64,000 nucleotides of DNA, from contig CM039009.1 in assembly GCA_017499595.2 (NCBI GenBank), positions 1,798,001-1,862,000 of the forward strand, given 5' to 3'. Source of the DNA: Psilocybe cubensis. Lineage: Eukaryota. Position numbers and translations under genes: made by a program. Below the pieces are notes generated by a model, which made no database searches, was not told where the DNA came from, and was given only the letters and a program-made list of their open reading frames with translations. Below are positions 60,904 through 64,000 of this stretch, piece after piece; positions within the stretch are counted from its first letter, which is position 1, and every line of letters begins with the position of its first letter.

Positions 60904-63900
60904 ATGCCTCCAGTATATGTGTGTCACTGCACGTTTCGGGGTTGTGGAAACGATCCGAATGGGGTCACGCTGTCATGCCGTGTTTACAAGGACCATCAGG
61001 CAAGGGAGGAGAAATACCAGCAAGGCCTGAACTATCTGAAGCTTCAAAGAGAAGCTATAGAGAGACAAGAAGACCGAATAGCTCTGGAATTAGACAACAT
61101 ATCCCCGAGTGACCCCATTGCTTCCTTTTCATCCTTTACCCGAGAAGCCAAATACAGAGCCGACCATAAAAAACGTCTGATAGATAATATCAGCCTAGCG
61201 CGCAGAGATGTCCAGGCCCTACTCAAAGATATCACAAGCATCGGCAAAGCTCCCATTAATTATCCACCGGCTCATGAGATTGAGCATTCCCTTCACCAGT
61301 GTTCGGAAATTCGGAAGTCTGTAGAGCAACCATCCCGAGTGCTCCATACGGCACAAACCAGCGCTCTCCGTAAAGAGCCATCCATTATAGCCATGCGAGA
61401 GGCACTGCACACAGACATCGATGAACTCGTGTCACTTACGAACGATATTGAAAGGTCGTGGATTGCGGCCTCGGTTGAACGTCAGGAATACGAACGTTTA
61501 CGCCAGGGAAAGTCAGACTATAATACTGGTAAGTCTCCCTTCTACATTCATGTAGAGCAGAGTCTTACAGTTCCGCCCTTTAAGACCGGCATTTTGAACC
61601 TATATTTGTAGGGACGTCACCTATCATACAGCTCGCATCGTTGATGGTGGTCGTGTGTAATGTAATACTTGGCTTACCACGACGTGGATGCTTCTGGCTT
61701 TTCGAAATGTGCGCGTTCATTGTACAGGGAACCGCCGAAAAAGCGTTTGGGAATGGTCGACTGACACCATATTTCATCAATTTACTCTCACTTTTTCCCC
61801 GTGATGTGAGAACCCAAACATTGATGTTTCGACTTGACAGTGAAGCCACAATATACGCAGTCTGTCCAAAATGTCATGCTACATATAAGCCAAGCGGAAA
61901 AACCTCTCTGCCAGTTTATAGAGAGAGATGCAACTCGGAGCGATACAGCAATCGTTGTGGTGAAATAATTGTACAGCCAAAAATCATACAAAACAGGCGT
62001 GTGCTACTGCCAATCATTCCGTATGTGGTTTATGACTTTCAGGATTGGATGGCGAACCTCGTATCTCGAACTGGATATGAGCAAATGATGGACGATGCAT
62101 GGGAACGGACAAATGTACCATCCGACGGAATCATTGAAGACATTTTTCAAGGAACTGCTATTCGTGAATTCAAAGGTCCTGATAACAAGACACATTTCAG
62201 TCTAACCGGAGATGAATCAACTGGGAGGTACCTTTTCTCAATGGGCTTTGACTTTTTCAATCCGCTTCGCAACCTTGCCAATGGAAAGAAGATATCTATT
62301 GGAATTATTGCACTCGTCTGCCTGAATCTTCCAATCCATCTTCGATATAAGCCCGAGAACATGTTCTTGGCCGGAATAATTCCAGGACCCAAGGAACCTC
62401 GACTTGACGCCATTAATCCATACATTCGGCCAATTGTTGACGTCTTTCTGCTGCTATGGAGAGGCATAAAACTAACGCGTACCGCAAAATATGATATTGG
62501 GCGTATTATAGTATGCGCATTGATTGCCATCATCTGTGACCTACCTGCTGCCAGAAAAATAGGCGGATTTGCGGCCTGCACTCACGAATACTTCTGTTCT
62601 GTCTGTTGGTGTACCAAAACAGAACATACCTTCAATAATTTTGAAGTGTCGACGTGGAGGAGGAGAACACGCTCTGAATGTCACAATCGCGCTGCTCAAT
62701 TTCTCGCTGCCCCGACCTTGAAGCATGCACAGAGTTTGCTTGACAGATCAGGAATACGCTACTCTGAGCTCTGGAGGCTTCCGTATTTTGACCCAACAAA
62801 ACATCTTGTTATCGACCCTATGCACAACCTGTTTCTAGGATTACTGAAGGAGCACTTCCAAAATATTCTTGGATATATACCAAAAGGCACAAAGGATAGA
62901 AGGAGGCCAGAACTGTGGAATCCGGAAGAGGTTATCTCCGTTAACCTCACCTTTGATCCAGACAACCCGCTGCCAGATCACACAAAAGAACGGGCATCAG
63001 TTCGGAGGTTACTCGCATATCTCAAAGCCCCACTGGGGTTCAGTAAAGATGATGTAATATTGTGTGACGCAGCTGTCAGCCGCTGGAGCACTGTTCATTC
63101 ATCAGCACTAGTATTCATCGGTAGAGGATTGGGCTGCATTCCTCGGTCAGTGATGCCTGATGGGAAGGATACATCAGATCTATCCGGAAAGCGTCGCTTT
63201 ACAAAGAAAAAACTGGCACATATGCTCCTCACATGGGTAAATATTCGCAATGTCATAATTTGAAACTGGTATTGATATAGTAAAATTGTCAGAGGTTACA
63301 GCAGGTAGAAAACTCTGCTCCTGATACGAATAATCAACTGGTTCCTGGGGTAATTTTCACTCAGGACGAAATTGAAGCCATATGGTTGGATATCGAAACA
63401 GTTGTCAAACCATCTTGGGCAACATCGGTTCCGCCAACCATTACTTCGATCGGCCCAAAGCTCAAATCTGACCAATGGCGAAGCATTGGCACCCTTTTTT
63501 TGCCTATTTCTCTCTTGCGTTTATGGGGGAAAGAAGAACAAACCCAAGCGCGGAAGGACCTCCTTCATCTTACCATGTTACTTTGCTCGGCAATCTGTAT
63601 AGTGACGTCTCGAACTATTTCTCTCAAAGGTCAAGCTGACGAGTATAATAATTACATGATACAATATCGGAAAGAGCTCCAGCGGCTCTTTCCAAGATAC
63701 AAATGTCATCCCAACCATCATATGGCTATGCATATAGGAGAGTTTCTTAGTTTGTATGGACCCGTACATGGATGGTGGACATTTCCTTTCGAACGAATGA
63801 TTGGAACTCTACAAGGCATAAACACCAACTACAAGAAAGGTAACAGTATAGATAAAATTAAAGTGCTGGCATTAGAGACTAAAGTCAATTTAATTTTAGG

Positions 63901-64000
63901 GCAATTTGAACAGACCATTTCGAAGACTTGGCATCTGTCCTCAAATTTCAAATCATTGTTTGTCAAAAATATTTGCCCCCAGGCCATTCGAGATTGTGTC
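60904..64000 (+). mobile_element. CACTA/EnSpm (Transposase_21/tnp2-type) transposase gene, multi-exon, runs off the window
   Basis: DFFNP, CLNLP..RYKPENMFLAGIIPGPKEP, CDLPAARK, SELWRLPYFDP, IDPMHNLFLG, KSDQWR, HPNHHMAMH, YGPVHGWWTFPFERMIG; introns near 61529-61611, 63237-63292 and 63840-63899. Confidence 0.9.

Overview
Eukaryotic, intron-rich DNA. Short ~50-60 nt GT-AG introns and the gene families present point to a mushroom-forming basidiomycete (inference). The window is a TE-rich accessory region with one 100-N scaffold gap. Main result: a ~12.2 kb insertion (13223-25470) sits inside a 59-nt intron of an F-box/LRR-like gene whose two exons rejoin in frame, and it is bounded by a 5-bp AAACA duplication with a (TAAACA)n 3' tail. 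It contains an intact non-LTR retrotransposon ORF (RRM-like, AP endonuclease, degenerate RNase H-like, RT, Zn finger), two upstream coiled-coil/RRM-like ORFs, a 31-bp tandem array, and three antisense intron-containing passenger genes: a ribonucleotide reductase small-subunit homologue that has lost its iron/radical residues, and two small paralogues. Second result: a gene ~3 kb upstream of a CACTA/EnSpm transposase ends in a histone H3 N-tail mimic with Met at the K9 position (KTKRVARMSTGGKPPRR). The rest holds three coiled-coil RING genes, an HMG-box gene, a WD40 gene and several decayed housekeeping-gene fragments (RPL1, FAD oxidoreductase, P450, Kin4-like kinase, ACH1). All calls come from motif recognition by eye; no searches were run.
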